A DNA stretch of 19,010 nt from Chitinivibrionales bacterium (GCA_038247415.1 JBBRUX010000061.1:1-19010); one strand, 5' to 3'. Counted from the stretch's first letter, positions 1 to 8,171 are shown. Numbers and translations: made by a program. Notes: generated by a model from the letters alone, not told the origin.

Positions 1-146
1 AACGTTTGACAAATGCAAGAAGTTGCCGCATTGGCGACATGACGGCTGCGAGCGAAGCGAAGACGCCGACGGAGCCATCAAAGCGGCAATTTGCCGAAGG
101 CCGAGGGCGGCTTTGAGCCCGATGCTTGCTTTGTTTGTTGTTTGTC
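1..146 (+). mobile_element. Integron attC-like recombination site (R'' box truncated at window edge)
   Basis: AAC(1-3), 5-nt spacer, ACAAA-T-GCAAG(9-19) ... CTTGC-TTTGT(125-134), 5-nt spacer, GTT(140-142). L boxes pair with one bulged base (T14). Internal stems 20-29/83-92, 40-47/73-80, GCC-GAA-GGC 93-101 and 105-108/117-120. Confidence 0.7.
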
Positions 147-548
147 TGTTTGGGCACCCCTTGTCTTTGCGACGCGCTTTCTTTATTTTTAATTCTGGCG
201 GTGGCTTCTTTTTTGATTTATCCTTTGTCTATTCAGCTGCCCGTCCTAATTCTTTTCTGGCTTTCGCAGTGCCCCCCCTCTTAATGTTTTTGCGCCGGAG
301 CGGAGGATGAGCGGAGGCGCTGTATTTTTTGAATATATGAAAAATAAGAAATGCAGAAACGCAAAAGTTCATTTGCTGATTAAAGGTTCAAAAGGGGGCT
401 GGCGGTTGCTATGTCCCCCCTCTTCCGTATTTTATGGGGATAACCCATTTCTATTGATTAAAATCTCGGAAAAACCTATTTTACAATTTATAAGAATAAT
501 AAACAAACCTAATCGTATCTTTGCTTTTTAGTTTTCTTTTTGTGTGAA

Positions 549-826
549 ATGATGCAAAGCATGCCAACCTCACTCATTTGCTCCAGCAAAATCACCGGGC
601 TATTTATGGCCTTGTATATGTTGGTTCTCTTTGGGGTGGTTGCGCCAGCACATCACCACGAAGACGGAGCCGAGCATAGTGATTGTGTTGTCTGTGTTGT
701 TGCGCACCATCCGTTTCAGTGGCTTTGTCTGTCACCGTCGTTTTGATTGAGTTATTTATCTCTTCGTCTTTCATTCCATTCTCGACACCTCGCTCTTTCG
801 ATTCTCGCGCTCCTCCTGTGATGTAA
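549..826 (+). CDS. DUF2946/CruR-like metal-sensing leader peptide (TM - HHH..CxxC - RAPP), split by an apparent 1-nt frameshift near 716
   Basis: Frame 0 gives a hydrophobic segment then HHHEDGAEHSDCVVCVVAHHPF (stop 744-746). The -1 frame, open 683-823, gives SVALSVTVVLIELFISSSFIPFSTPRSFDSRAPPVM* (TAA 824-826). Start may be ATG 549, 552 or 561. Confidence 0.75.
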
Positions 827-853
827 CCTTCTATCTCATGTCCTTATCGTTAA

Positions 854-880
854 GCCGCTCCTCTTAATATAGGAGGCGGT
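854..880 (+). promoter_or_regulatory. Intergenic stem-loop between leader ORF and porin gene
   Basis: GCCGCTCCT-cttaatat-AGGA(G)GCGGT; no U-tract after it, so not a classic intrinsic terminator. Confidence 0.45.
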
Positions 881-904
881 CACTGTTCAATTACATCAAG
901 GAGA

Positions 905-1978
905 ATGATTATGCATTCTAATCGACTGCATTTATATGCCTTTGTTATAGTGTTGTGTCAAGTTGTCTATTGGCCGGTCAACGCTGGTGTTGTCAATCCC
1001 GATATATCAGCAATCGGCCAAGTGTATGGGACCTACACAAATGATTCACTTACTGAAACGCACGATAAATTTGCACTCTCACTCGGTGAGACCGAGATAA
1101 ATCTGGATGCCGCCCTAAATCCTTATTTCAAAGGTGCATTCGTGCTGGCGATTGAAGGTGATGGTGGTATCGAAGTAGAAGAGGCATATGCATCCATGGT
1201 GCGTGGCCTACCTCTTAATCTTGCATTGAAAGCGGGAAAGTATCGGCTGAATTTCGGCAAGCTCAACCAGGTTCATCCTCATGCGTATCCATTTCTGCGG
1301 ACACCACGGGTATTGGCTCCGGATGTGGCAAAACTGCTTCCAGGTGAGGAAAGTTTTAATGATATTGCCGTTGAAGCTTCAACACTCATTCCCGTTTTCG
1401 GAAGTTGGGCAATCACTCCATCGGCAGATTTTCTTGAAGGCCGTTCATACCATCCCGAAGAATCCGCAATCGCCCACGCATGGCTTGCCCATGTGTCAAA
1501 TACATTCAGCATAGATCCAGCTGCGTTTGACATTGGTGGCTCGTTCACTCAGGGCATTAACAATGTAGCTGCCAATACCAAAACCACGGTTCTTGGGTTT
1601 GATGCAAAAGCGAAGATGATCGGTTCGCCTGTCTACGCAATGACTTTTGGCAGTGAATACCTCTATAAGTTTGCCGAAATTGCAGAAATCGCAGGAGGGA
1701 TAAGCCATGCTGACCGTTATGGCTTTTATGCATATATCAACAACCAATTATTTACGCGCTACAATGTCGGGATACTTTATGAACAGTACCAGAATCCTGA
1801 TGACAATTCGGTAATTGATAGGTCGATCAAGCCGTTCGTAGGATTCGCAGTTCTGGAGGAAAGCACACTTCTGCGTGCGTCATATGAATATTTCCTTGCA
1901 GGCAATGCTCAGAAAACAAGCACTATTGAAGTTCAGTTGCTCTTCAGCATGGGACCACACAAAGCTCATCAATTCTAA
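905..1978 (+). CDS. Outer-membrane beta-barrel (porin-like) protein of the type found with Zn/Mn ABC transporters
   Basis: Signal peptide; NPDIS, E-x-E-x-x-L-x-A-x-L-N-P-Y-F, EEAY, GKLNQVHPH motifs; His-rich C-terminus ending in Phe (GPHKAHQF); SD AAGGAG 898-903. Confidence 0.75.
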   Translation: MIMHSNRLHLYAFVIVLCQVVYWPVNAGVVNPDISAIGQVYGTYTNDSLTETHDKFALSLGETEINLDAALNPYFKGAFVLAIEGDGGIEVEEAYASMVRGLPLNLALKAGKYRLNFGKLNQVHPHAYPFLRTPRVLAPDVAKLLPGEESFNDIAVEASTLIPVFGSWAITPSADFLEGRSYHPEESAIAHAWLAHVSNTFSIDPAAFDIGGSFTQGINNVAANTKTTVLGFDAKAKMIGSPVYAMTFGSEYLYKFAEIAEIAGGISHADRYGFYAYINNQLFTRYNVGILYEQYQNPDDNSVIDRSIKPFVGFAVLEESTLLRASYEYFLAGNAQKTSTIEVQLLFSMGPHKAHQF

Positions 1979-2004
1979 CCACGATTACAAAAGGATATTA
2001 AATC

Positions 2005-2904
2005 ATGAAATCAATATTCAGAAGCAGCCTAACTGCTGCAATAGTGTTTCTGCTCACCGGTTCCACAATGTCCAACGCTGCGGTGCGTATCGTTGCGGCA
2101 TTGCCGGATCTCGGTTCCATAGCATCATACATCGGGGCCGATAACGTCGAGGTCACATCAATCGCAAAGGCAAACTCTAACCCGCACACGGTTGAAGTGT
2201 TTCCCTCGTACATGGCCAAAGTATCTCAGGCTGCAATTTATTTGAAGTCCGGATTGGGACTCGATCAATGGTCGGACGCTATTATCGATGGATCACGCAA
2301 TAATAAGATTCGAATTATAGACTGTTCAAACGGTGTCGCGGTTCTTGAAAAACCAGTAAAAGTCGACGCATCAATGGGTGATGTGCATCCTTTCGGCAAT
2401 CCGCATTACTGGCTTGATCCACGCAATGGTATTATCATTGGTCAAAACATTCTAGAAGCCTTGAAATCAGTTGACGCTGTGAATGCCTCTTTGTACGAAA
2501 GTAATTACGCCAAATTTAAAACAGAATGCGAAAGCAAGTTTTCTGCATGGCAAACGGAGATGACGCCGCTTGAGGGAAGAAAAATCATATCGTATCACTC
2601 ATCGTGGGCCTATTTCGCCAATGCATTTCAGCTCTCAATAATTGAACATATAGAACCATTTCCAGGCATTCCTCCAACAGGCAATCATCTTGCGCGACTT
2701 GTCAATTTAATCAAAAAGGAAAATGTAGCTTTTATTCTTCAGGAGCCATATTTCCCTGATGACGCACCAAAATTCTTAAATCGTCAGACCAGCATTAAGG
2801 CTTTCAAATATGCCCCTTCATGTTCAGATGCAAATGCACCGTCATACCTGAATCATTTTGATGAGATAATCAGTTCATTATCAACAGTTGCAGGAGATAA
2901 ATAG
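2005..2904 (+). CDS. Metal ABC transporter substrate-binding protein (ZnuA/TroA/MntC family)
   Basis: Signal peptide; NPH, GDVHPFGNPHYWLDP, YHSSWAYF and EPFPGIPPT motifs. Confidence 0.93.
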   Translation: MKSIFRSSLTAAIVFLLTGSTMSNAAVRIVAALPDLGSIASYIGADNVEVTSIAKANSNPHTVEVFPSYMAKVSQAAIYLKSGLGLDQWSDAIIDGSRNNKIRIIDCSNGVAVLEKPVKVDASMGDVHPFGNPHYWLDPRNGIIIGQNILEALKSVDAVNASLYESNYAKFKTECESKFSAWQTEMTPLEGRKIISYHSSWAYFANAFQLSIIEHIEPFPGIPPTGNHLARLVNLIKKENVAFILQEPYFPDDAPKFLNRQTSIKAFKYAPSCSDANAPSYLNHFDEIISSLSTVAGDK

Positions 2905-2905
2905 T

Positions 2906-3736
2906 ATGATGCTTTTTCACTATTCCTTCATGCTTCCCGCTTTAGTGGTCTGCCTGATCCTGGCGGGAATTCATACCTATTTCGGCTATCATATTGTTCA
3001 GCGGGGGGTCATCTTTGTTGACCTCTCGCTATCTCAGATAGCCGCGCTTGGTGCATGCGTCGCGCTTCTCCTGGGATGGGGAGAGGATGCGCCAATAAAA
3101 GCTTTTACCATGAGTTTAGCATTTACCTTTGGCGGTGCGGTTCTTTTTGCCTTTTTACGCAGGAGCCAGAAGATCGTTCCAATGGAGGCGCTCATTGGTA
3201 TTGCCTATGCCGGTGCTGTCGCAGTATCATTACTATTGCTGGAAAAATCCGCCACCGGAACCGAGCATATCAAGGAGATGCTCGTCGGAACGATACTTAC
3301 CGTTTCGTGGCACGATGTGCTGCAACTCGGGGCGATTGTGCTGGTAGTCGCGATCGTGCATTTGATAGTCCACAAGCGCCTGTTTTTGATATCGGAGAAT
3401 CCGGTTGGCGCAGCAAAAAACAACATTAAACTATGGATATGGGACATCATTTTTTACGCGACCTTTGGGATCGTTGTCACTTCGTCGGTTAAAGTCGCGG
3501 GTGTTCTGCTGATATTTTCTCTTTTGACAATTCCAGCAGTCACGGCAATGATCTGCATTGCGAGAACTCTTCGGCGGGTAGTATTCGGCTGGGTATTTGG
3601 GTTAGTTGGATGTATTGCAGGGCTTGAGGTTTCTTTGCGGTTTGACTCGGCTGCGGGACCATCAATAATAACGACCATGCTGGCAATAATGCTGATAGGA
3701 ATTGGGATCAGTGTTGTAACACGAAAGATGAGGTAA
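2906..3736 (+). CDS. Metal ABC transporter permease (ZnuB/MntB, ABC-3 family)
   Basis: Polytopic membrane protein with RGVIFVDLSLSQIAALG, EALIG and GVLLIFSLLTIPA; ATG 2906 has SD AGGAG 2892-2896. Confidence 0.92.
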   Translation: MMLFHYSFMLPALVVCLILAGIHTYFGYHIVQRGVIFVDLSLSQIAALGACVALLLGWGEDAPIKAFTMSLAFTFGGAVLFAFLRRSQKIVPMEALIGIAYAGAVAVSLLLLEKSATGTEHIKEMLVGTILTVSWHDVLQLGAIVLVVAIVHLIVHKRLFLISENPVGAAKNNIKLWIWDIIFYATFGIVVTSSVKVAGVLLIFSLLTIPAVTAMICIARTLRRVVFGWVFGLVGCIAGLEVSLRFDSAAGPSIITTMLAIMLIGIGISVVTRKMR

Positions 3737-3771
3737 TCGTGAAATCTGATACCCGGTGACTATGCACAACG

Positions 3772-4044
3772 CTATTGGCTGGAAGTATTTTTGCGTGCCT
3801 GTTCGATGATGTCAAGAAGAGAAAATATCTTAGGTTTGGGAGGTTGGCTTATCGCGGCCTGAGCATCTTTGCTGTAATTATCAGCAATAAAGGCGTGGAT
3901 GTCGATTTTCTCAAACCAGCAGTCGAATATTTTGCAGCAAGGGATTTCCTGACCGGGCTGCCGACAATATGAGAAAGGTACTTCATTGCCTAGCCTTGGA
4001 CATCGTTGTGATAGATTATCATGTTGTGTAATCAAGCAGAACAT
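3772..4044 (-). CDS. Small Cys-rich hypothetical protein (RCPRLG..F.YC..PC..I.DCW)
   Basis: Last gene of the minus-strand operon; spaced Cys motif; start is ATG 4044 or TTG 4035 rather than the overlapping 4131. Confidence 0.7.
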   Translation of the reverse strand: MFCLITQHDNLSQRCPRLGNEVPFSYCRQPGQEIPCCKIFDCWFEKIDIHAFIADNYSKDAQAAISQPPKPKIFSLLDIIEQARKNTSSQ

Positions 4045-4079
4045 TCCCCTATGGATTGGACGATGAAAATATAATAGTT

Positions 4080-4916
4080 CTAAACGTGAAAGCATACACC
4101 GGAACCACCAGGAATAATTTTTTGTCCGCATCGCATATTTAGATGCTCAACTGCATTTTCACCGGTGCAATGACAAGGCACGATTTGTTCAATTCCATTT
4201 AAGTGCAGATAATCGGAGGTTTTTTCCATCCGTTCCGGTGATGCATGGAGAAGATGAAACCCACCCACAATAGCATAAATTGGGGTATTATCGGTCAACG
4301 CCTTCGTGCAATTGATTGTATTGACAAGTCCAGAGTGACAACAGCCAGTTACAAGCACTATTCCCTTAAGAGTTTTAAACCACATCGCGAGGTCGTCATC
4401 GATAGGATCTTGTTTCGTTGCCTCCGGATCGAGAAAAAATGCGCCACCGGTGTCCTCAAAATTTGACAATCTTGGAATCGGACCCGTAATACCGATGTCT
4501 GCTGAAATAAGTGTTGGTCCTGATGTCCAATGGATACTATCAACAACTTGGTAAAGTGCAACCGAAGCCAGCTTGGTAATGCCAATCGGTTTCATTTTTC
4601 CGTCGGGTTGTTGGCTATAACGCGACATAAAAATACCAGGATGACAATAAATGGAAATCCCCGGATTCAAATCAAGAACAGCAGCAACGCCCCCGGTATG
4701 ATCGTAGTGCCCGTGCGAAAGCACAAGAGTGTCGGCAGTGCGCAGATCTATGCCCAAGACTTCGGCATTGCGGATGAGCATGTCGCTCTGGCCGGTGTCG
4801 AATAAGATGCGCCGATCATCGGCTTCAATCCAGAGGGTGAGACCGTGTTCGGCAAGTACTTCGGGGTTGCCCGGTTTATTGTCAACAAGGATGGTAATTG
4901 TTAGTTTACGTATCAT
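4080..4916 (-). CDS. MBL-fold metallo-hydrolase (COG1237 type)
   Basis: AEHGL, ILFDTG, SHGHYDHTGG, TGCCHSG, GGFHL and PCHCTG motifs; ATG 4916 overlaps the upstream gene end. Confidence 0.92.
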   Translation of the reverse strand: MIRKLTITILVDNKPGNPEVLAEHGLTLWIEADDRRILFDTGQSDMLIRNAEVLGIDLRTADTLVLSHGHYDHTGGVAAVLDLNPGISIYCHPGIFMSRYSQQPDGKMKPIGITKLASVALYQVVDSIHWTSGPTLISADIGITGPIPRLSNFEDTGGAFFLDPEATKQDPIDDDLAMWFKTLKGIVLVTGCCHSGLVNTINCTKALTDNTPIYAIVGGFHLLHASPERMEKTSDYLHLNGIEQIVPCHCTGENAVEHLNMRCGQKIIPGGSGVCFHV

Positions 4917-5811
4917 ACTGCCAAATTGCCTTAGTAACCGCATTCCATATGCTTTGTATGTCAACCGCAACACCCTCAGAGCAGAATTCCGTGACGGTTT
5001 CCAGTTTCCGCTGCGCCTGCGTAACAGCCTTATCGTACCTGACCAGTCCGGCAAAGCCAATGCCCTGCGATTGCGCGAAGTCTTTAATCATTTCGGTTGC
5101 GGCAATGTTAATATCCCACTTATTGACACATACCATTGCAGGAACCCGGAGCTGTTTTGTAAGGCTCACTATTCGACGAAGGTCATGGTCACCAGACACG
5201 GTCGGTTCGGTGACAATAAGCGCCAGATTCGCAGCAGTCAATGACGCGATAACGGGGCACCCGATGCCCGGAGAACCATCGATAAGCACATAGTCCGCTT
5301 CCTGCTCCTGTGCTAGCCTCTTTGCTTCGCTTCGGACGAGCGTCACAAGTTTGCCGGAATTTTCTGCTGCAATACCAAGTTTGGCGTGAACCATAGTTCC
5401 AAAACGGGTAGTGGACACATACCATTCTCCACAGATTTCTTCTGGGAAATCTATTGTTCTGGCGGGGCATAAACTTACGCACACTCCGCAACCTTCACAG
5501 GCAATCGGATCAATTGAATACGTTACGCCGGGATATGCAACCCAGGTGGTTCCATCACGCACCGCACCGAATCGGCATACCTCAGCGCACTTACCACAAC
5601 CAATGCAGTTTTCCGGACGAATTGCCGCCTTATGACCACTACGAAACTCGGATCGCAAACCGATTTCCGGTTTCAGAATAAGATGAAGGTCTGCTGCATC
5701 GACATCGCAGTCTGCCATCACCGCATTCCCATTGGCAAGTGCGGCGAACGAAGCTGCAATACTCGTTTTACCCGTGCCACCTTTACCGCTGATAATCACG
5801 ATTTCTTTCAT
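4906..5811 (-). CDS. MinD-superfamily P-loop ATPase with inserted 2x[4Fe-4S] domain (COG1149)
   Basis: SGKGGTGKT, DCDVDAADLHL, two CxxCxxCxxxC motifs, SGKLV, DGSPGIGCPV, VTEPT; ATGA overlap with the upstream paralog. Confidence 0.93.
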   Translation of the reverse strand: MKEIVIISGKGGTGKTSIAASFAALANGNAVMADCDVDAADLHLILKPEIGLRSEFRSGHKAAIRPENCIGCGKCAEVCRFGAVRDGTTWVAYPGVTYSIDPIACEGCGVCVSLCPARTIDFPEEICGEWYVSTTRFGTMVHAKLGIAAENSGKLVTLVRSEAKRLAQEQEADYVLIDGSPGIGCPVIASLTAANLALIVTEPTVSGDHDLRRIVSLTKQLRVPAMVCVNKWDINIAATEMIKDFAQSQGIGFAGLVRYDKAVTQAQRKLETVTEFCSEGVAVDIQSIWNAVTKAIWQYDT

Positions 5812-6656
5812 GCCTGTACCTGCTTTCGAATCGATCGCCACAGTTCTGCAAAACGTTCACGGATTCCGGGAACGGCAGTAAGGATCATTTCCCCGCGAGA
5901 ATAGCTTTCCGCTATGCGGCGATCATCGGGGATCTGTGCGATAATCTTGACCTGCCTTTTCTCGCAAAAAACTTCTGCATCAGTATTACCTGTTTCGGCC
6001 CGGTTGACAACGATACCATGTGGGATGCGAAGCTCTTGTATCATGTCAAGCGCAAGGCCCAGATCGTTAAGTCCGAATGGTGTGGGTTCGGTAACAAGCA
6101 CAACGAAATCGGCATTACGTATTGATGCAATAACAGGACAGGATGTGCCCGGAGGAGCATCGATGATATTGATTGCTTCTTTTGTCGCCTGCTCTAATAC
6201 TTTCCGAATGAGTGGAGGACTCATTGCTTCGCCAATGTTCAAGCGGCCATGTACAAAACCAATGCTGCCGGATATACCGGATTCCACAAAGCCAATTTCT
6301 TTTGTCTGTTCCGAAATGGCGAAGGATGGACAAAGCAGCGTACACCCTCCACACCCGTGGCATAATTCCGGGAAAACCATCACCTTTTTTCCCAGCCGAA
6401 TTAGTGCTTTATACTCACAAAAACGTACACACGCTCCACAGGCATTGCATGTTTTCTCATCAATGACCGGTATGGGTATAACCGCAGCGTGGCTTTGCAG
6501 AATTTCAGGCTTAAGGAAAAGATGGCCATTCGGCTCTTCCACGTCACAGTCAAGGTATCTGACTTTTTCTCCCATTTCACCAAGAAATAATGAAAGGTTT
6601 GTCGAGACGGTTGTCTTACCGGTGCCGCCTTTCCCGCTTGCGATTGCAATGTTCAT
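5808..6656 (-). CDS. MinD-superfamily P-loop ATPase with inserted 2x[4Fe-4S] domain (COG1149), partner paralog
   Basis: SGKGGTGKTT, DCDVEEPNGHLF, CNACGACVRFC, CHGCGGCTLLCP, DAPPGTSCPV, VTEPTPFGLNDL. Confidence 0.93.
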   Translation of the reverse strand: MNIAIASGKGGTGKTTVSTNLSLFLGEMGEKVRYLDCDVEEPNGHLFLKPEILQSHAAVIPIPVIDEKTCNACGACVRFCEYKALIRLGKKVMVFPELCHGCGGCTLLCPSFAISEQTKEIGFVESGISGSIGFVHGRLNIGEAMSPPLIRKVLEQATKEAINIIDAPPGTSCPVIASIRNADFVVLVTEPTPFGLNDLGLALDMIQELRIPHGIVVNRAETGNTDAEVFCEKRQVKIIAQIPDDRRIAESYSRGEMILTAVPGIRERFAELWRSIRKQVQA

Positions 6657-7006
6657 GATGTGCGCCTATTTTCCGATTTTTCAAACAGAATTTTCGGGGT
6701 TTGAGCCCCATTGTTGAACTTTTGTTCCAAAACTGAATACTGCGCATCACGCAGAATCTGGGGTTTCTTGCTTTTTTGATCCGATAGCAATGCGCGAACA
6801 AGTTGGCGTAACAAGCCAGATGGATTTGCAAGGTCCCGGACAGCAGCAATCATTACAGACGCAGCCAGCCCCAAAAACCATCCGCGTTTGCCGCCAAACA
6901 TTACCCGCCTTAACCCGTTGCTACCAAGGCCGTTTTTGCATCGGCCTCTGCCGCGCCCTGCACTCGCACCGAACCCTAATGGGCCGGTACCGTCACCTTG
7001 TGGCAT
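6653..7006 (-). CDS. DUF5320-like protein (MPQGDGTGP start, Gly/Arg-rich, one hydrophobic segment)
   Basis: N-terminal motif shared with 7273..7611; GAGG SD before ATG 7006; ATGA overlap with the downstream gene. Confidence 0.7.
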   Translation of the reverse strand: MPQGDGTGPLGFGASAGRGRGRCKNGLGSNGLRRVMFGGKRGWFLGLAASVMIAAVRDLANPSGLLRQLVRALLSDQKSKKPQILRDAQYSVLEQKFNNGAQTPKILFEKSENRRTS

Positions 7007-7042
7007 GGAGTACCTCACTCGCAGATGAAATGTATTTCATCC

Positions 7043-7276
7043 TCAAACCCACCTTATTGCATGAGCCGGGCACACTTTCATGCATCCGCCAATGCCCAGG
7101 CATAAATTCGCATTTACGATAGCCCTATTGTTTGCATCCAATGTAATCGCGCCAGTCGAACATCAGGATAAACAAAAACCACAACCTGTGCACTTCTCCC
7201 TATTGATCGAAACCGGTACAAGCCCTTCGCCTCGAACGACCGTCTGCTTGATCCCCACAGCTCCCGCAATACTCAC
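7043..7276 (-). pseudogene. Small ferredoxin-like (4Fe-4S dicluster) ORF with an in-frame TGA at codon 38
   Basis: Hand translation: MSIAGAVGIKQTVVRGEGLVPVSINREKCTGCGFCLS*CSTGAITLDANNRAIVNANLCLGIGGCMKVCPAHAIRWV*. GTG start overlaps the upstream stop (GTGA); TGA at 7165-7163. Confidence 0.8.
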
Positions 7277-7611
7277 TTTTTCTCCATTTCGAGATCATTG
7301 ATACGGCTGTTAATGCTCTCAAGGGCTTCACCATAAGACTTTGCCTGATTCTTGAGAACGGTGATCTCGTCGTGCGAAGTAAAAGGGATTGGAGGTGCCA
7401 TAGTAGTATCCGCGTGTGATGCCCACCCGTGTCTCCATCCCATGCCCATACCGCAGCCACGTCTTCCACCGCGACCGTGCCCCATGCCCATCCCTCGTCC
7501 ACCGGGAAACTGGTTCATTTTCCCGAACATGCTATTTCCAGCACACCGGCCTGCTGCTCGTCCTGTCATAGGCCCTATTCCCATTGGCCCTGTTCCATCA
7601 CCTCGTGGCAT
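7273..7611 (-). CDS. DUF5320 family protein
   Basis: MPRGDGTGPMGIGPMTGRAAGRC start, Gly/Arg-rich middle, C-terminal coiled coil; SD GGAGG. Confidence 0.88.
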   Translation of the reverse strand: MPRGDGTGPMGIGPMTGRAAGRCAGNSMFGKMNQFPGGRGMGMGHGRGGRRGCGMGMGWRHGWASHADTTMAPPIPFTSHDEITVLKNQAKSYGEALESINSRINDLEMEKK

Positions 7612-7662
7612 AATCTACCTCCATTGAAAAGTTTTAAATGTGGGCACCCTTTACAAATGCGC

Positions 7663-8142
7663 CTATTTGACTTTAAAGAATCGTCCTGTCGCCTGAACAA
7701 CAAGGTTTCGGTTTTGAACGATCTCACATTTCATCGAATACAAGAGGCCACAATTAACCGCTGTAATCGACGTTGTGAGTGTTGTCTTTGTCTGTATCAT
7801 AACCGGCTTGCGGTACTTGACCGACAGATTCGCCGTATATCCGACCACTCCGTGCCCCATCAAGCATTGGGCCATCGATGCATCAATAATCGCGGCGACA
7901 ACGCCTCCGTGAACCATTTCATCGTAGCCCTGCTGGAATTCATTACCGTTGAATTCGCCCTGCAAAGTGCCTGCATCATCAAACGCGAATTTCAGTCCCG
8001 GAACAATCGATGGTTGGCGATTAAACAAGCACTGCGAATGGTGTATTTCTCTGAGACGTTTGAGATTTCCTTCGTAATAAGCACTGTCGTGAGACTGTGT
8101 GTCTATGTCAATGTCCTGCGTATTGCTCTCGTCAACACTCAC
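7663..8142 (-). CDS. PaaI family thioesterase (hotdog fold)
   Basis: QGYDEMVHGGVVAAIIDASM and TANLSVKYRKPV motifs; start uncertain (GTG 8142 preferred to TTG 8184). Confidence 0.85.
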   Translation of the reverse strand: MSVDESNTQDIDIDTQSHDSAYYEGNLKRLREIHHSQCLFNRQPSIVPGLKFAFDDAGTLQGEFNGNEFQQGYDEMVHGGVVAAIIDASMAQCLMGHGVVGYTANLSVKYRKPVMIQTKTTLTTSITAVNCGLLYSMKCEIVQNRNLVVQATGRFFKVK

Positions 8143-8171
8143 ACTATCCCCGCTTAACGCTTGCTCAAGTG

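Noticed and set aside
23..531. ORFs 23..310 and 307..531
   Set aside because: They run through the attC-like hairpin and low-complexity spacer and have no recognisable motifs; probably spurious.
430..548. Zur/Fur box upstream of the Zn-type operon
   Set aside because: AT-rich, but no convincing inverted repeat found.
5914..6717. Long antisense ORFs (also 7429..8157, 4729..5244, 11171..11605, 13665..14105)
   Set aside because: Shadows of well-supported genes on the opposite strand, with no motifs.
7200..7502. 100-aa minus-strand ORF
   Set aside because: Alternate frame overlapping the DUF5320 gene and the ferredoxin ORF.
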